Below the pieces are notes generated by a model that was not told the DNA's origin, made no database searches, and was given only the letters and a program-made list of their open reading frames with translations. Positions 8,364-18,556 of a stretch of DNA of 43,747 nt are shown here, piece after piece (position 1 is the stretch's first letter; every line of letters begins with the position of its first letter). The DNA is from Bradymonadia bacterium (GTDB lineage: Bacteria; Myxococcota_A; Bradymonadia; UBA7976; UBA1532), in the NCBI GenBank assembly GCA_046290225.1, contig JBKAGE010000065.1, positions 1 through 43,747 of the forward strand, written 5' to 3'. The position numbers and the translations under genes are program-made.

Positions 8364-9288
8364 GTTGAGGGTGCTCTTCATGGGCACACCGGGCTTCGCC
8401 GTGCCCACCCTCGAGGCCCTCTTTGCCGCGGGCGCTCAGGTGGTGGGTGTGGTGAGTCAGCCTGATCGGCCCAAGGGTCGAGGCATGAAGCTTCAACGCA
8501 CCCCTGTGGCGGCCTGCGCTGATGCCCATGGCGCCCCGGTGTTCCAGTGGCCGCGGCTGAACAACGAGAGCTTCGCGGCGCTGAGCGCGCTGAAGCCCGA
8601 TCTCGCGGTGGTGGTGGCCTATGGCAAGATCCTGCCCCGGCGATACCTCGAGCTGCCCACCCACGGCTGCTTGAACGTGCACGCCAGCATCCTGCCCAAG
8701 TGGCGCGGGGCGGCGCCGATTCAATGGTCGGTGATGGCCGGCGATGCCGAGACGGGCATCTCGGTCATGCAGATGGACGTGGGCATGGACACAGGCGATG
8801 TCGCCCGCATCGCCACCACCCCCATCGGCCCCGACGAGACCGCCGGTGACGTGCACGATCGCTTGATGGTGATGGGGGCTGATCTGCTCGTCGAGTCGGT
8901 GAAGGCGCTGTGCGAAGGCACGCTCACCTTCACCGAGCAGGACCACGGGCAGGCCACCATGGCGCCCATGTTGAGCAAGTCCGACGGCCGCATCGACTTC
9001 AACTGGCCCGCCCAGAAGGTGCACGATCGCATCCGAGGCGCGTCGCCCTGGCCCGGTGCCTTCATCGAAACCAAAGAGGGCCCGCTGAAGCTGCACGCCA
9101 GCGCCCTCGCCGAGGGGCAGGCCGGCGCTGCGCCGGGCACCATCCTGGCCCATGATCCCGAAGGGCCCCGCGTGGCCTGCGGCGATGGCGCCATCACCTT
9201 GTTGCGGTTGCAGCGCCCGGGCCGAAAGGCCGTCGCTGGCGCTGATTTCTTGAGAGGCCGGCCCCTGCCGGTGGGAGTGTCTTTGTGA
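8350..9288 (+). CDS. fmt: methionyl-tRNA formyltransferase
   Basis: Start moved to ATG 8350. Motifs FMGTPGFA, QPDRPKGRG, NVHASILPKWRGAAPIQ and MDTGD. Confidence 0.96.
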   Translation: MKLNELRVLFMGTPGFAVPTLEALFAAGAQVVGVVSQPDRPKGRGMKLQRTPVAACADAHGAPVFQWPRLNNESFAALSALKPDLAVVVAYGKILPRRYLELPTHGCLNVHASILPKWRGAAPIQWSVMAGDAETGISVMQMDVGMDTGDVARIATTPIGPDETAGDVHDRLMVMGADLLVESVKALCEGTLTFTEQDHGQATMAPMLSKSDGRIDFNWPAQKVHDRIRGASPWPGAFIETKEGPLKLHASALAEGQAGAAPGTILAHDPEGPRVACGDGAITLLRLQRPGRKAVAGADFLRGRPLPVGVSL

Positions 9289-11285
9289 GTGATGATCGGC
9301 CCAAAGAGGGCAACCTGCCTTCGGGCCAGGTGCAACCGACCCGCCGAAAGGCCCGCCCCAAACCCCCACCGGAGCCCAACGCCGAAGGCGAGTCTGCTCA
9401 GCCCCAGTGGGGCGGCGGCTGGGGAGACGACGGGGATCGACACCGTGCAGATCGCCCCCGAGCTGACCGTGGCAGTGACGAAGGTACGCAGTCCGATCGC
9501 CCGGAGCGGGACGACCGCCGTCGGGACGACCGGGGTGATCGAGATCGCAGAGACGATCGCTCCAGATCAGATCGCGGCCGTGACGATCGCCCTCGCCGTG
9601 ACGACCGGCCACGCCGTGACGACCGGCTACGCCGAGATGAACGTGCCCGTCGTGATGACCGGCCCCGCCGAGATGGGCCCCGCAGAGATGGCCCCCGTCG
9701 CGATGATCGTCCTCGCCGGGATGGCCCACGTCGTGACGACCGGCCCCGCCACGACGGACCACGTCGGGATGGTGCTCGCCGAGACGGCCCGCGCCGGGAT
9801 GGCCCGCGTCGTGACGATCGGCCCCGTCGAGATGGACCTCGCCATGGCGGTCCGCGCCGGGATGGCGGTCGCTTCGACGGCGGTGGCCGCTTCGACTCCA
9901 GGCAGAGAGCAGGGCTCGCGGCCCGTCAGGTGGCCCTCGAGGTCCTGTTGGCCCTCGAGGAGGAAGAGGCCTTCCTGCAGCTCGCCCTGGAGGCCCGCAA
10001 TGTCTCTCACGATCTCGATCCCCGAGATCGGGGCCTCGCCTTGGAGATCGCTGCCGGGGTGGAGCGTTGGCGTCAGTGGCTCGATCATCACCTCGCGCCG
10101 TTCCTGCAACGGGGCATCAGCGAGACAGCCAAGCCGCTGCTCTTGATCTTGCGCATGGGCGCTTATCAGATCCTGCGCCTCGATCGGGTGCCCGATCACG
10201 CGGCTGTGGACAGCGCCGTGGAGTTGGCCCGAGGTCAGGGCGGCCCCAAGGCCGCTGGCTTCGTCAACGGGGTGCTCCGGGCGTTCCTGAGGGCCCGTGA
10301 CGACGGCAGCCTCGCTGTGGTGCCTGATGGCGCTGATGCAGCCTCCGTGGCGATCCGCATGAGCCACCCCCAGTGGCTCGTCGCCCAGCTGCTCGAGACC
10401 CACGCGGTCGAGTTCGTCGAGCAGCTGTGCGCGGTGAACAACACCCCAGCGCCGCTCATCATCCGCGCCGATGGCCCTGCTCGGAGCGCCGGCGAGCTGT
10501 CGGCGTTGCTGAAGAAGAACAAGGCCACCGTCACCGAGCGCGCCCACGCCCCAGAGGCCCTGGCGCTCTCCGATCTGCCTCGGCCCTTCAACCACCAGAC
10601 GTTCCATGATGGCTGGTGGCAGGCCCAGGACGAGGGCTCCCAGCTCGCCGCCCTGATGCTGGGCGTAGAAGGGCATCACCGGGTGTGGGACGCCTGCGCC
10701 GCCCCTGGCGGCAAGACCGCGCTCCTCGCTCGGGAGATGGGTCTGAGCAAGGGCTGGGTGCATCCTCGCCCCGAGGGCACGCTCTGGAGCACCGACGTGC
10801 ATCCGGCGAAAGCCCGCCGGCTCGGTCAGCGCTTCAGTCGTGTCGAGGGCGTCAGCGCTGATCGGCACGACGCCTCTCGCACCCCCGAGCGCACCTTCGA
10901 TCGCATCATGGTAGATGCGCCCTGTACTGCAATGGGGCTGCTCAGGCGTCACCCGGAGATCAAGTGGCGCCGACGAGCAGAAGACATCGCCGAGGCCGCC
11001 TCGCGACAGCGCAAGATCCTCGACGCTGCCGCTGCAGCCCTCGAGCCCGGCGGGGTGCTCGTCTACAGCGTGTGCTCCATCACCGAGGCCGAAGGCCCGG
11101 GTGTGGTGGCGAGCTTCCTCGCTGATCACCCCGACTTCGAGCGGGTGGCCCCCCCAGAGGGCGTCGGTGTAGATTGGAGCGCGCTCGTCGACGCTGAGCA
11201 CCAGCTGCGGCTCTGGCCCCACCTGCACGACACCGATGGCTTCTTCGCTGCCCGTTTGCGCCGCAAGGCTGGAGATGGGGCATGA
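9285..11285 (+). CDS. rsmB: 16S rRNA m5C967 methyltransferase RsmB with a long N-terminal low-complexity extension
   Basis: NusB-like part (ARQVAL...GFVNGVLR), [27 protein letters not shown] and DGFFAARL; def-fmt-rsmB-rpe order. Confidence 0.92.
   Translation: MSDDRPKEGNLPSGQVQPTRRKARPKPPPEPNAEGESAQPQWGGGWGDDGDRHRADRPRADRGSDEGTQSDRPERDDRRRDDRGDRDRRDDRSRSDRGRDDRPRRDDRPRRDDRLRRDERARRDDRPRRDGPRRDGPRRDDRPRRDGPRRDDRPRHDGPRRDGARRDGPRRDGPRRDDRPRRDGPRHGGPRRDGGRFDGGGRFDSRQRAGLAARQVALEVLLALEEEEAFLQLALEARNVSHDLDPRDRGLALEIAAGVERWRQWLDHHLAPFLQRGISETAKPLLLILRMGAYQILRLDRVPDHAAVDSAVELARGQGGPKAAGFVNGVLRAFLRARDDGSLAVVPDGADAASVAIRMSHPQWLVAQLLETHAVEFVEQLCAVNNTPAPLIIRADGPARSAGELSALLKKNKATVTERAHAPEALALSDLPRPFNHQTFHDGWWQAQDEGSQLAALMLGVEGHHRVWDACAAPGGKTALLAREMGLSKGWVHPRPEGTLWSTDVHPAKARRLGQRFSRVEGVSADRHDASRTPERTFDRIMVDAPCTAMGLLRRHPEIKWRRRAEDIAEAASRQRKILDAAAAALEPGGVLVYSVCSITEAEGPGVVASFLADHPDFERVAPPEGVGVDWSALVDAEHQLRLWPHLHDTDGFFAARLRRKAGDGA
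9510..9900 (+). repeat. coding tandem repeats (RRDDRP / RRDGP) in the rsmB N-terminus
   Basis: At least 15 consecutive 15- or 18-bp units, conserved as peptide but varied at synonymous sites. Confidence 0.85.
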
Positions 11286-11962
11286 GCGTCATCATCGCCC
11301 CCTCGATCCTGTCGGCGAACTTTGGCCGCCTCGCCGAGGAGGTGGCCGCCGTCGACGCCGCGGGGGCCGACTGGATCCATGTCGACGTGATGGACGGCCA
11401 CTTCGTGCCCAACATCACCATCGGCCCGGTGGTGATCAAAGGCATCCGTGAGGCCACGGACAAGTTCTTCGATGTGCACCTGATGATCAGCGATCCAGAT
11501 GCCTATGCGCAGGCATTTCGCGACGCCGGCGCTGACGGGATCACGGTCCATGCCGAGGCTGTGAATCACCTGCACCGTTCGATTCAGGTGGTCCGCAAGA
11601 CGGGTGCCCGAGTGGGGGTGAGTTTGAACCCTCACACCCCGCTCTCGGTCTTGGAGTACGTGCTCGATCAGATCGATCTGGTGCTGCTCATGACGGTGAA
11701 TCCGGGCTTTGGCGGGCAGGCCTTCATTCCCCAGGTGGTGCCCAAAATCAGGGCCCTGCGCAAAATGATCGAAGAGCGTGGGTTGTCCGTTGACATCGAA
11801 GTCGACGGAGGCATAAACTCCGCCACCGTTCTCGAGGCCGCGAAAGCGGGGGCCAACGCCTTCGTCGCCGGCTCTGCGGTGTTCACCCGTCCCGATTATG
11901 GGGTGGCCATCGCCGAGCTCAGAGCTGGGGCAACCCAGGGCGCCGGTCTCAGAGAGGCTTGA
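11282..11962 (+). CDS. rpe: ribulose-phosphate 3-epimerase
   Basis: [38 protein letters not shown] and EVDGG. Confidence 0.97.
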   Translation: MSVIIAPSILSANFGRLAEEVAAVDAAGADWIHVDVMDGHFVPNITIGPVVIKGIREATDKFFDVHLMISDPDAYAQAFRDAGADGITVHAEAVNHLHRSIQVVRKTGARVGVSLNPHTPLSVLEYVLDQIDLVLLMTVNPGFGGQAFIPQVVPKIRALRKMIEERGLSVDIEVDGGINSATVLEAAKAGANAFVAGSAVFTRPDYGVAIAELRAGATQGAGLREA

Positions 11963-11987
11963 TGATGCATCATCACGAGCCGCCTGT

Positions 11988-12061
11988 CGGGGTGTAGCGC
12001 AGTCTGGTAGCGCACTTGCTTCGGGAGCAAGGGGTCGAAGGTTCAAATCCTTTCACCCCGA
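11988..12061 (+). tRNA. tRNA-Pro (anticodon CGG); CCA not encoded
   Basis: Acceptor CGGGGTG/CACCCCG-A, D arm GCGC..TGGTA..GCGC, anticodon stem CTTGC-TTCGGGA-GCAAG, T arm GAAGG-TTCAAAT-CCTTT. Confidence 0.96.
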
Positions 12062-12065
12062 CAGT

Positions 12066-12100
12066 AAAAAGCCGGGTCCCATCACGGGGCCCGGCTTTTT
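12066..12100. terminator. bidirectional intrinsic terminator between tRNA-Pro and folE2
   Basis: AAAAA-GCCGGGTCCC-ATCAC-GGGGCCCGGC-TTTTT between convergent genes. Confidence 0.9.
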
Positions 12101-12128
12101 GATTTTCGAACGGTCGAAGTTCAGCGCC

Positions 12129-13259
12129 TCAGCGCGCCGAAGCCCAGGCCAGGAAACCTTCCGGATCAGCCTGAACCCGAGCGAGCAGTTCCGCAGGGAT
12201 CACCCCAGCACGCAGGTAGAGCTTGAGCGGATCTTGCCCGAGGGCTTCGGCGAGGGCCCCCAGGCAGGCCTCCCCTGGTGCCTTCGTGCCATGCTCCACC
12301 TTGCTCAGGAACGAGGTGCTGCAGCCCACCTTCTGGGCCAACTCGCTCTGCCGCATGCCCAGGTCCTGTCGCAGGCGACGCAGCCACTGGCCGAAGGGCA
12401 GAGGCTCGGAGGGCATCTCCTCAGAGGCTGATGGCGTGCTCTGAGGCGGCTCTGCGTCGCGGCGCCAGGTGAGCTCCGCGTAGGCCGAGTGGTTGTGGAT
12501 CGACTCGAAGTTCTCCGCCGACACCGAGATCGATTCCACCCCATCCAAAGCCTGCAACTCCAAGAGCACCTCGCGCACGAGATCTTCCACAAAGCGCGGG
12601 TTGTCGTAGGCGTACTCAGTGACCCACTTCTCGTCTTCGCGCTTGAGCAGGGCGAAGAGCGGGGCCGAAGCGGCACCCTCGACGGCATCGACCACCGACT
12701 CGATGCTCACAGGGCGGCGCCCTTGGAGCTTGACCCGGACCTCACTCCGCTGGTTGTGCGCCCCGTAGTCACTGATGGCCTTGCTGCAGGGGCAGAGGCT
12801 CTTCACCGGCACCCCCACCTCCAGAGTGAGTGTGGGTGTCGGGGCCTCGGCGTCGGAGATCACCGTGAGGGCGCAGGTGTAGCTCATGAGGGAGCGCACC
12901 CCGCTCACCGGCGCAGCCTTGTCGATGAAATAGGGGAAGCTCAGCGTCAAGCGCGCTCGGGGTGTCTCCAGGCGTCGGCGCATCTCCGCCACCATCTCGA
13001 GCAGGGTGGCCGGGGTGATGGCCCCGCGGTGGGCGTTGAGGACCTCGATGAAGCGGCTCATGTGGGTGCCCCGGGCGTCACCGGGCAGCGCCACAGCCAT
13101 GTCGATCTCCGCCACCGTGTGCTGCGTTTGACCATCCGCGCTGCGAATGCCCACAGGGTATTGCAGCCGGCGGATGCCCACGGCGTCGATGGGGATGGCG
13201 CGCTCGTCGCGCTCAGAGGCGTGATCAGGCAGTTGTTGCCGTTGAGGACGATGGTTCAT
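12129..13259 (-). CDS. folE2: GTP cyclohydrolase IB (FolE2) fused to a C-terminal XRE-family helix-turn-helix
   Basis: FolE2 motifs GTHMSRF, LCPCSK, GAHNQRS, NPRFVED and ESIHNHSAYA, then a linker and FGQWLRRLRQDLGMRQSELAQKVGCSTSFLSKVEHGTKAP...LAEALG. Confidence 0.9.
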   Translation of the reverse strand: MNHRPQRQQLPDHASERDERAIPIDAVGIRRLQYPVGIRSADGQTQHTVAEIDMAVALPGDARGTHMSRFIEVLNAHRGAITPATLLEMVAEMRRRLETPRARLTLSFPYFIDKAAPVSGVRSLMSYTCALTVISDAEAPTPTLTLEVGVPVKSLCPCSKAISDYGAHNQRSEVRVKLQGRRPVSIESVVDAVEGAASAPLFALLKREDEKWVTEYAYDNPRFVEDLVREVLLELQALDGVESISVSAENFESIHNHSAYAELTWRRDAEPPQSTPSASEEMPSEPLPFGQWLRRLRQDLGMRQSELAQKVGCSTSFLSKVEHGTKAPGEACLGALAEALGQDPLKLYLRAGVIPAELLARVQADPEGFLAWASAR

Positions 13260-13328
13260 GGCGACCCTCGGGAGATGAAGAGGGCTGTTTTAGTGGGGGT
13301 TGACCTTTGTGGCAAGTGGTTCTTGACC

Positions 13329-13764
13329 TTGGGCGGACGGCCGCGCCTTCGGCGCTGCCTGTAGCGGACGACCCAGCTTTGCTGCGTCTGTAGCGGACGG
13401 CCGTGCCTTTGGCACCGCCTGTAGCGGACGCCTCGCCTTCGGCGAAAGCTGTAGCGGACGCTCATTTGCCTTCGGCAAATTCCCTGTAGCTTTTTGAAGA
13501 TCACTTTGGGGGAGTTGACTTGTCTACCGCGAGCACTGTGGGCCTCTGACGGACCACCTCCAGCGTTAGCCTCAACTGGGCTGAGAAGCCCAGCAACAGC
13601 ACCAGAACTCTCTTAGAAAGCTACAGCTCAGGCTGCCGGAGGCAGACTCGGCGTCCGCTACAGCTCTCGCCAAAGGCGAGGCGTCCGCTACAGACGCAGC
13701 GCAGCGAAAGCTTTTGCTGGGTCGTCCGCTACAGGCGGCGCCGAAGGCGCGGCCGTCCGCTCAA
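13329..13764. repeat. mirror-symmetric array of CTGTAGCGGACG units (REP/REPIN- or MITE-like)
   Basis: Full units at 13359, 13388, 13419 and 13449 (+), inverted units at 13652, 13682 and 13723, with partial units at both inner and outer edges. Period about 30 bp. Most spacers are hairpins with TTC/GAA, TTT/AAA or TCC/GGA triloops. Confidence 0.85.
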
Positions 13765-13767
13765 CCA

Positions 13768-16314
13768 TCAGCGTCCGCGAAGGGTCTGGGCGATGCGCAG
13801 CACGTCGCCGAGCACCCCAGCTGCCGTCACCGAGCCTCCAGCGCCTGCACCCTGCACCGTGAGGGGGTAGTCTTGATAGCGTTCGGTGGTGAAGGCCACG
13901 AAGGCCTCGGTGCCTTTCAGGCGGGTCGATGGGTGATCGGGCCCTACGCCCACGGGCCCTACGGTGATGACCGGCGCCTCGGCGCCGCGGGGCTCGATGC
14001 GGGCGAGGTATCGGAGCACTTGGCCTTGCGTTGCGAGGGCATCGAGACGGTCGGCCATCACGCCGTCGTAACCTTCGAGTGCTGCGAAGAAGCCTTCGAG
14101 ATCTGCAGCATCAGCCCCCACCTCGGCAGGCACCAGGGGCTCCACGGAGATCGACTCCGCCGACAGCCCCAGCTCTCGGGCGAGGATCATTGCCTTGCGG
14201 GCCATATCGGCCCCGGAGAGGTCCTCCCGCGGGTCGGGCTCGGTGTAGCCCAGGGCGTGGGCCTGCTTCACCGCTTCGGAGAGCGTCTGCCCTGCAGAGA
14301 GCGCGTTGGCCAGGTAGCCGAGGGTACCCGAGAAGGCCCCTTCGATGAGCAGCACCCGATCGCCCGTGCGCACGATGTTCTGCAGAGTCTCGATGATGGG
14401 CAGGCTGGCGCCGCAGGTGGTCTCGTAGCGATAGAAGCGGCTGTGGTGTCGGGCCGCGCCCATCAGCGCGCGATATGCCGCCATCGACTCCGCCAGAGGC
14501 TTCTTGTTGGCCCCCACCACGTGTACGCCCCGTTCGAAGGCTGCGGTGTAGAGCGGAGCCAGGCCACCGGAGGCCGTGCAGTCCACCAAAATGGGCGCTT
14601 CGAATCGCTGCAGGCGGTCGAGCAGGCCCATCACCGGGTGATCTGGAGAGACATCGCCACCGGGAGGGCCGGCCTCACCCCACGCGACATGGGACACCCC
14701 ATCGAGATCGCCCGACGACAGCGGCAGGCCATCGGCGGCGAAGCGGTATCCACGGGAGTCGAGGAGCCCTACGACTTTGATGCGGACGTCGTGATCCGAC
14801 TCGAGGGCCTCTCGCTGGCTCTCGATCTGCGCCATCAGGTGGCCGCCCACAGTGCCCTTGCCCATGAGGAGCAGGCTCACCTCCTGGTGGGCGAGGTTGA
14901 AGGCCGAGTGCACCGTGCGCACCGCCAGGGGGGTGTCGGCAGCGTCGATCACACACGACACCGAGCGCGAGCTCGCCCCCTGAGCGATGGCGCGGATCAG
15001 CACCCCGACGTTGCCCAAGGCGCTGAACAGCCGGCCTGCGACGTTGGGGGTGCGGCCCATGGCCTCGGCGACGAGGCTCAACAGCGTCACCGGGGCCTTC
15101 ACGCCGAAGTCACCGACCTCGTTGCGGGCGATCTCCGTGGCGAGCTCGGCCTTCAGGGCCTCGAGGGCCACGTCGACCTTGTCCTCGGGCACCACCACCG
15201 CCCCCGCCTGACCGTGGGCTGCCTGATTGAACATCCACACCGTGAGCTGGGCTCGGGACAGTGCCGCGAGCACCCGCTCACCCAAGCGAGCCCGCTGGTT
15301 CACCCGACGCCATTGGAAGTCGATGAGGGCCAGGCGCTCGAGGGAGGTCACCGAGGTGGGCCGGTCGAGATCGTCGTCGCCCTGGGCGTCGACTCGGGTG
15401 CCCGGCGCCGCTGGATCCATCGTGTTGCGAATGCGCATGGGGATCCCCGAAGCCATGAGGGGGATCATGGTCCGGGGGTGGAACATACGGGCGCCGAAGG
15501 TGGCCAGCTCCAGGGCTTCCATATAGCTCAGTCGGCTGATGGGCCGGGTCTCGTCCACCAGACCCGGATCAGCGGTCATCACCCCGGAGACGTCAGTGCA
15601 GATGTGCACCTCGCCGGCCTTCAGCGCCCGGGCGAGCAGGGTGGCGGTGTAATCAGATCCGTTGCGACCGAGGGTGGTGGTGCGGCCGTCGGCGGTGCGG
15701 CCGAGGAATCCGGTCACGATGGGCAGCTTGCCCGACCACTCAGGCACCAGGCGCTGCAAGCTGGCTTCGGTGGCCGGCCAGTCCACCAGGGCGGTGCCGA
15801 AGGTGTCGTCGGTCACCGTCCAGGTGCGGGCGTCGACGAAGGTGGCGCCCTGGGGCAGCACCCCGTCGAGCAGGGCCGCGAGGATCGAGGCGCTCAGGCG
15901 CTCGCCGAAGCTGAGCACCAAATCGAGGGTCTGGGCGGTCTGCTCTCGCACCAGGGAGACCCCGTAGAGCAGCTGTCGCAGGGGCGCGAGCAGGTTGCGC
16001 ACCGTGGGGGTGATGGCCACCGCCTCGCCTGAGATCTCAAGCCCCTGGGCCACGGCGAGACCGTTGGCCACGGCCAGATCGGCCACGCGGTCCACGACGG
16101 CTTCGGCGGTGGTGTAATCACCTGCAGCGGCGGCCTCCATGGCCTCGATGAGCCAGTCGGTGGTGTCGCCCATGGCCGAGACCACCACCGCCAGAGGGCC
16201 CTCGGCGGCGGTCTCGCGGATCATGTGAGCCACCCGGAGCAGCCGATCGGGGCTGCCTACGGAAGATCCACCGAACTTCATCACGCGCCAGGGGCTCGGC
16301 CTCTGCTCGCTCAT
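13768..16314 (-). CDS. thrA: bifunctional aspartate kinase / homoserine dehydrogenase (ThrA/MetL type)
   Basis: MKFGGSSVG, TTLGRNGSDY, TDVSGVMTADP, ACT region, GKGTVG, ANKK, YETTCGASLP, GYTEPDPREDLSG and GAGAG. Confidence 0.92.
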   Translation of the reverse strand: MSEQRPSPWRVMKFGGSSVGSPDRLLRVAHMIRETAAEGPLAVVVSAMGDTTDWLIEAMEAAAAGDYTTAEAVVDRVADLAVANGLAVAQGLEISGEAVAITPTVRNLLAPLRQLLYGVSLVREQTAQTLDLVLSFGERLSASILAALLDGVLPQGATFVDARTWTVTDDTFGTALVDWPATEASLQRLVPEWSGKLPIVTGFLGRTADGRTTTLGRNGSDYTATLLARALKAGEVHICTDVSGVMTADPGLVDETRPISRLSYMEALELATFGARMFHPRTMIPLMASGIPMRIRNTMDPAAPGTRVDAQGDDDLDRPTSVTSLERLALIDFQWRRVNQRARLGERVLAALSRAQLTVWMFNQAAHGQAGAVVVPEDKVDVALEALKAELATEIARNEVGDFGVKAPVTLLSLVAEAMGRTPNVAGRLFSALGNVGVLIRAIAQGASSRSVSCVIDAADTPLAVRTVHSAFNLAHQEVSLLLMGKGTVGGHLMAQIESQREALESDHDVRIKVVGLLDSRGYRFAADGLPLSSGDLDGVSHVAWGEAGPPGGDVSPDHPVMGLLDRLQRFEAPILVDCTASGGLAPLYTAAFERGVHVVGANKKPLAESMAAYRALMGAARHHSRFYRYETTCGASLPIIETLQNIVRTGDRVLLIEGAFSGTLGYLANALSAGQTLSEAVKQAHALGYTEPDPREDLSGADMARKAMILARELGLSAESISVEPLVPAEVGADAADLEGFFAALEGYDGVMADRLDALATQGQVLRYLARIEPRGAEAPVITVGPVGVGPDHPSTRLKGTEAFVAFTTERYQDYPLTVQGAGAGGSVTAAGVLGDVLRIAQTLRGR

Positions 16315-16320
16315 CGCGCT

Positions 16321-17331
16321 CTACTCCAGTTCCAATGCCAGGGCTTGACGTAAAATCGGCCCGAGCTGATCCCACTCGATCAAGAAGCCGTCGTGACCAT
16401 GAAGGCTGCTGATCTCGGCATACTCCGCCACAGGCACTCGTAGACGCAGCCGCTCCACCAGACGTCGCATGTGCACGGGAAAGAACAGCTGATCAGAGTC
16501 GATGCCCACAGCGAGCGTGCTGGCCGTGATGGCGCCGCCCTGTCGCTCGAGATCGTGATGATCCATGGCCCCGAGCTGGCACAGGTAGGCCTCGGGTGCG
16601 AACCGTTGCGCCAGCTTGCGCCCCTGGTGATCGAGGTAGCTCTGCACTTGATATGGCAGGTCGGCGCGCCATGACCGCGCGTCATGCCCGGCGCTGTGGC
16701 GCTGTCGGCGCCCATGGCGTTGAGTCAGGCCAGGCTCGGCTCGATAGGTGAGCATGGCGAGCTGTCGAGCGAGCTCAAGGCCTCGTTGCCGATCAGTGGC
16801 GTCGAGGATCAACTGCCGGGCGACGTGGTTGAAGCCGATGATCCACGGGCTCGCCGCCTCACAGCCGGCGATGGGGGCGATGCGCTCCACCCGCGTGCCG
16901 AGCATTCGTGCCAGACACAGGGTCACCATGGCGCCGAGAGATCCGCCGGTGACGAGGTGCAACTGCGACACGCCCAGGGCGTCGAGGGCCATGGCGATGC
17001 TCCGAGCCATATCCCATGGGGTCACCGCTGCAGGCAGACCGTCGATCATGGGAAAGCCCTGCACCCCAGGTCCGCTGGTGCCGTAACACGAGCCGAGATT
17101 GTTGAAGCAGAGCACTCGGTATTGGTGTGTATCTATCGGTGATCCTTCACCGATCATCGGAAACCACCATCCACCTTCAAGTGCTGCTTGAGCATTTCCG
17201 GTGAGGGCGTGGATCACCAGGACCGCCGGGCCATCTTCTCGGCCCCAGGCGAAACCGCTCACGTGATGTGGATCGACCGCTGGCCCCGACTCGAGCGAGA
17301 GGGCCGGCAGATCGAGCTCGATGGGGGTCAC
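16321..17331 (-). CDS. metX: homoserine O-acetyltransferase family protein
   Basis: HALTG, NNLGSCYGTSGP, GGSLG nucleophile elbow, DSDQLF and HGHDGFL; immediately upstream of the AK-HSDH gene. Confidence 0.88.
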   Translation of the reverse strand: MTPIELDLPALSLESGPAVDPHHVSGFAWGREDGPAVLVIHALTGNAQAALEGGWWFPMIGEGSPIDTHQYRVLCFNNLGSCYGTSGPGVQGFPMIDGLPAAVTPWDMARSIAMALDALGVSQLHLVTGGSLGAMVTLCLARMLGTRVERIAPIAGCEAASPWIIGFNHVARQLILDATDRQRGLELARQLAMLTYRAEPGLTQRHGRRQRHSAGHDARSWRADLPYQVQSYLDHQGRKLAQRFAPEAYLCQLGAMDHHDLERQGGAITASTLAVGIDSDQLFFPVHMRRLVERLRLRVPVAEYAEISSLHGHDGFLIEWDQLGPILRQALALELE

Positions 17332-17449
17332 TGCTGCCCTCCAGAGCCATCGTGGACGGCTGGCAAGATGCCGGATTGCCCAGAGCAGATCCAGGGCTGC
17401 CGTGCGCCTTGTCTCAAGGCAGAGGGCGGTTCACACCGATCTCCGACCT

Positions 17450-18556
17450 ATGCGTCGTGTTCTGCTCATCTTCACTGTGATGATCTGGGCCCCTCTCGCG
17501 TGGGGTCAGACTCAGCCCTTTGCCTTCGAGGCGTGGCCCGAAGCGCCCCTGAATGCGGCTCAGGCAGAGCGACACTTGATGACCGCGGCGGTCATCGGTG
17601 ACGGCAACGGCGCGTTGGGTGATCCCCGTGGCGCAGCGAACGTCGAGCGGCTGCGTCATCTCGGCGAAGCGGCTCAGAGCATGCTGGCGAAGAGGATGAG
17701 CACCCCACTGCAACGGGCCTTGCTCGCCCGAGCGGCTGTGTGGATGCCCCCTGGACCTGCCCTGTCGTCGCTGATGTCGTCAGTGGCGCCTGAGGACGCA
17801 TCAGCGCCCTGGCCAGAGGGGTACGAGAGACTTCAGCCCACCGCCGAGCTTGTGCGTCGAGCCATCGAGCATCACGGTGACGCCGTGTTGCCATTGTTGG
17901 CGCAACATCCACAGTGGGCTGCGGATCGAGGCCTCGCAGGGCAGCCCCTCGTGGCGCGCTTGCCCGAGCGCCTGAGCGATGTCGAGCCCTGCCTCGGGCT
18001 CACGGTGGCCGCAGAGCGTCATTCGAGGGCCCAGCGGCGACTCGCCGGGGCTCTGCTCCTCGAGCGGCTGGCCCGAGAGTGTCCTACTGATGCAGCCTTC
18101 GGAGTGACTCTGGGTGCGTGGTGGCGAGCCAGCGCCATCGGCGCCCTGGAGGTGGGTGACTTACGTGGGGCAGAAGCCCTGATGCGACGCGCGTGGTGGA
18201 TCACCGGCCTCGAAGACGACGGCGATCTGCTCGCCGACGTGTTGGTGGAGCAAGCCCGGGCTCGATTTGCAGAGGAGGCCTACGCCGAAGGCCAGGCCCT
18301 GTGGCGGGAGGTCTCAGCGTTGCGGCCCGATCGGCCCTCGGTCATCGCCTTGAAGCGAGATCTCCCCCGGACCTCGGGCCGAGCCCGTGTCGGGGTGTTG
18401 ATCATGGGTATGGTGGTGCTGTGGTTCGCCGTGAGGCGGTTGAGGCGGCTGTGGGGGCCGAGTCGGCCCATTCGGTTCACCCGAACCCGCTATGCCGATC
18501 GCGCCCGCAGAGGGCGGGCGCGGTGGTATGGCCGGAGAGGTCGCTCTAACGCTTGA
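17450..18556 (+). CDS. hypothetical exported helical (TPR-like) protein with C-terminal TM anchor
   Basis: Start moved to ATG 17450, giving the signal peptide MRRVLLIFTVMIWAPLAWG. C-terminal hydrophobic segment followed by an Arg-rich tail. Confidence 0.6.
   Translation: MRRVLLIFTVMIWAPLAWGQTQPFAFEAWPEAPLNAAQAERHLMTAAVIGDGNGALGDPRGAANVERLRHLGEAAQSMLAKRMSTPLQRALLARAAVWMPPGPALSSLMSSVAPEDASAPWPEGYERLQPTAELVRRAIEHHGDAVLPLLAQHPQWAADRGLAGQPLVARLPERLSDVEPCLGLTVAAERHSRAQRRLAGALLLERLARECPTDAAFGVTLGAWWRASAIGALEVGDLRGAEALMRRAWWITGLEDDGDLLADVLVEQARARFAEEAYAEGQALWREVSALRPDRPSVIALKRDLPRTSGRARVGVLIMGMVVLWFAVRRLRRLWGPSRPIRFTRTRYADRARRGRARWYGRRGRSNA

Noticed and set aside
11988..13259. Genomic island integrated at tRNA-Pro
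   Set aside because: No integrase, and I saw no duplicate of the tRNA 3' end in the window.
13329..13764. CRISPR array
   Set aside because: The repeat is only 12 bp, the spacers are short, palindromic and mirrored between arms, the orientation flips, and there are no cas genes.
17332..17449. SAM riboswitch upstream of metX
   Set aside because: I could not find SAM-I core elements in this short divergent spacer; an Rfam scan would settle it.
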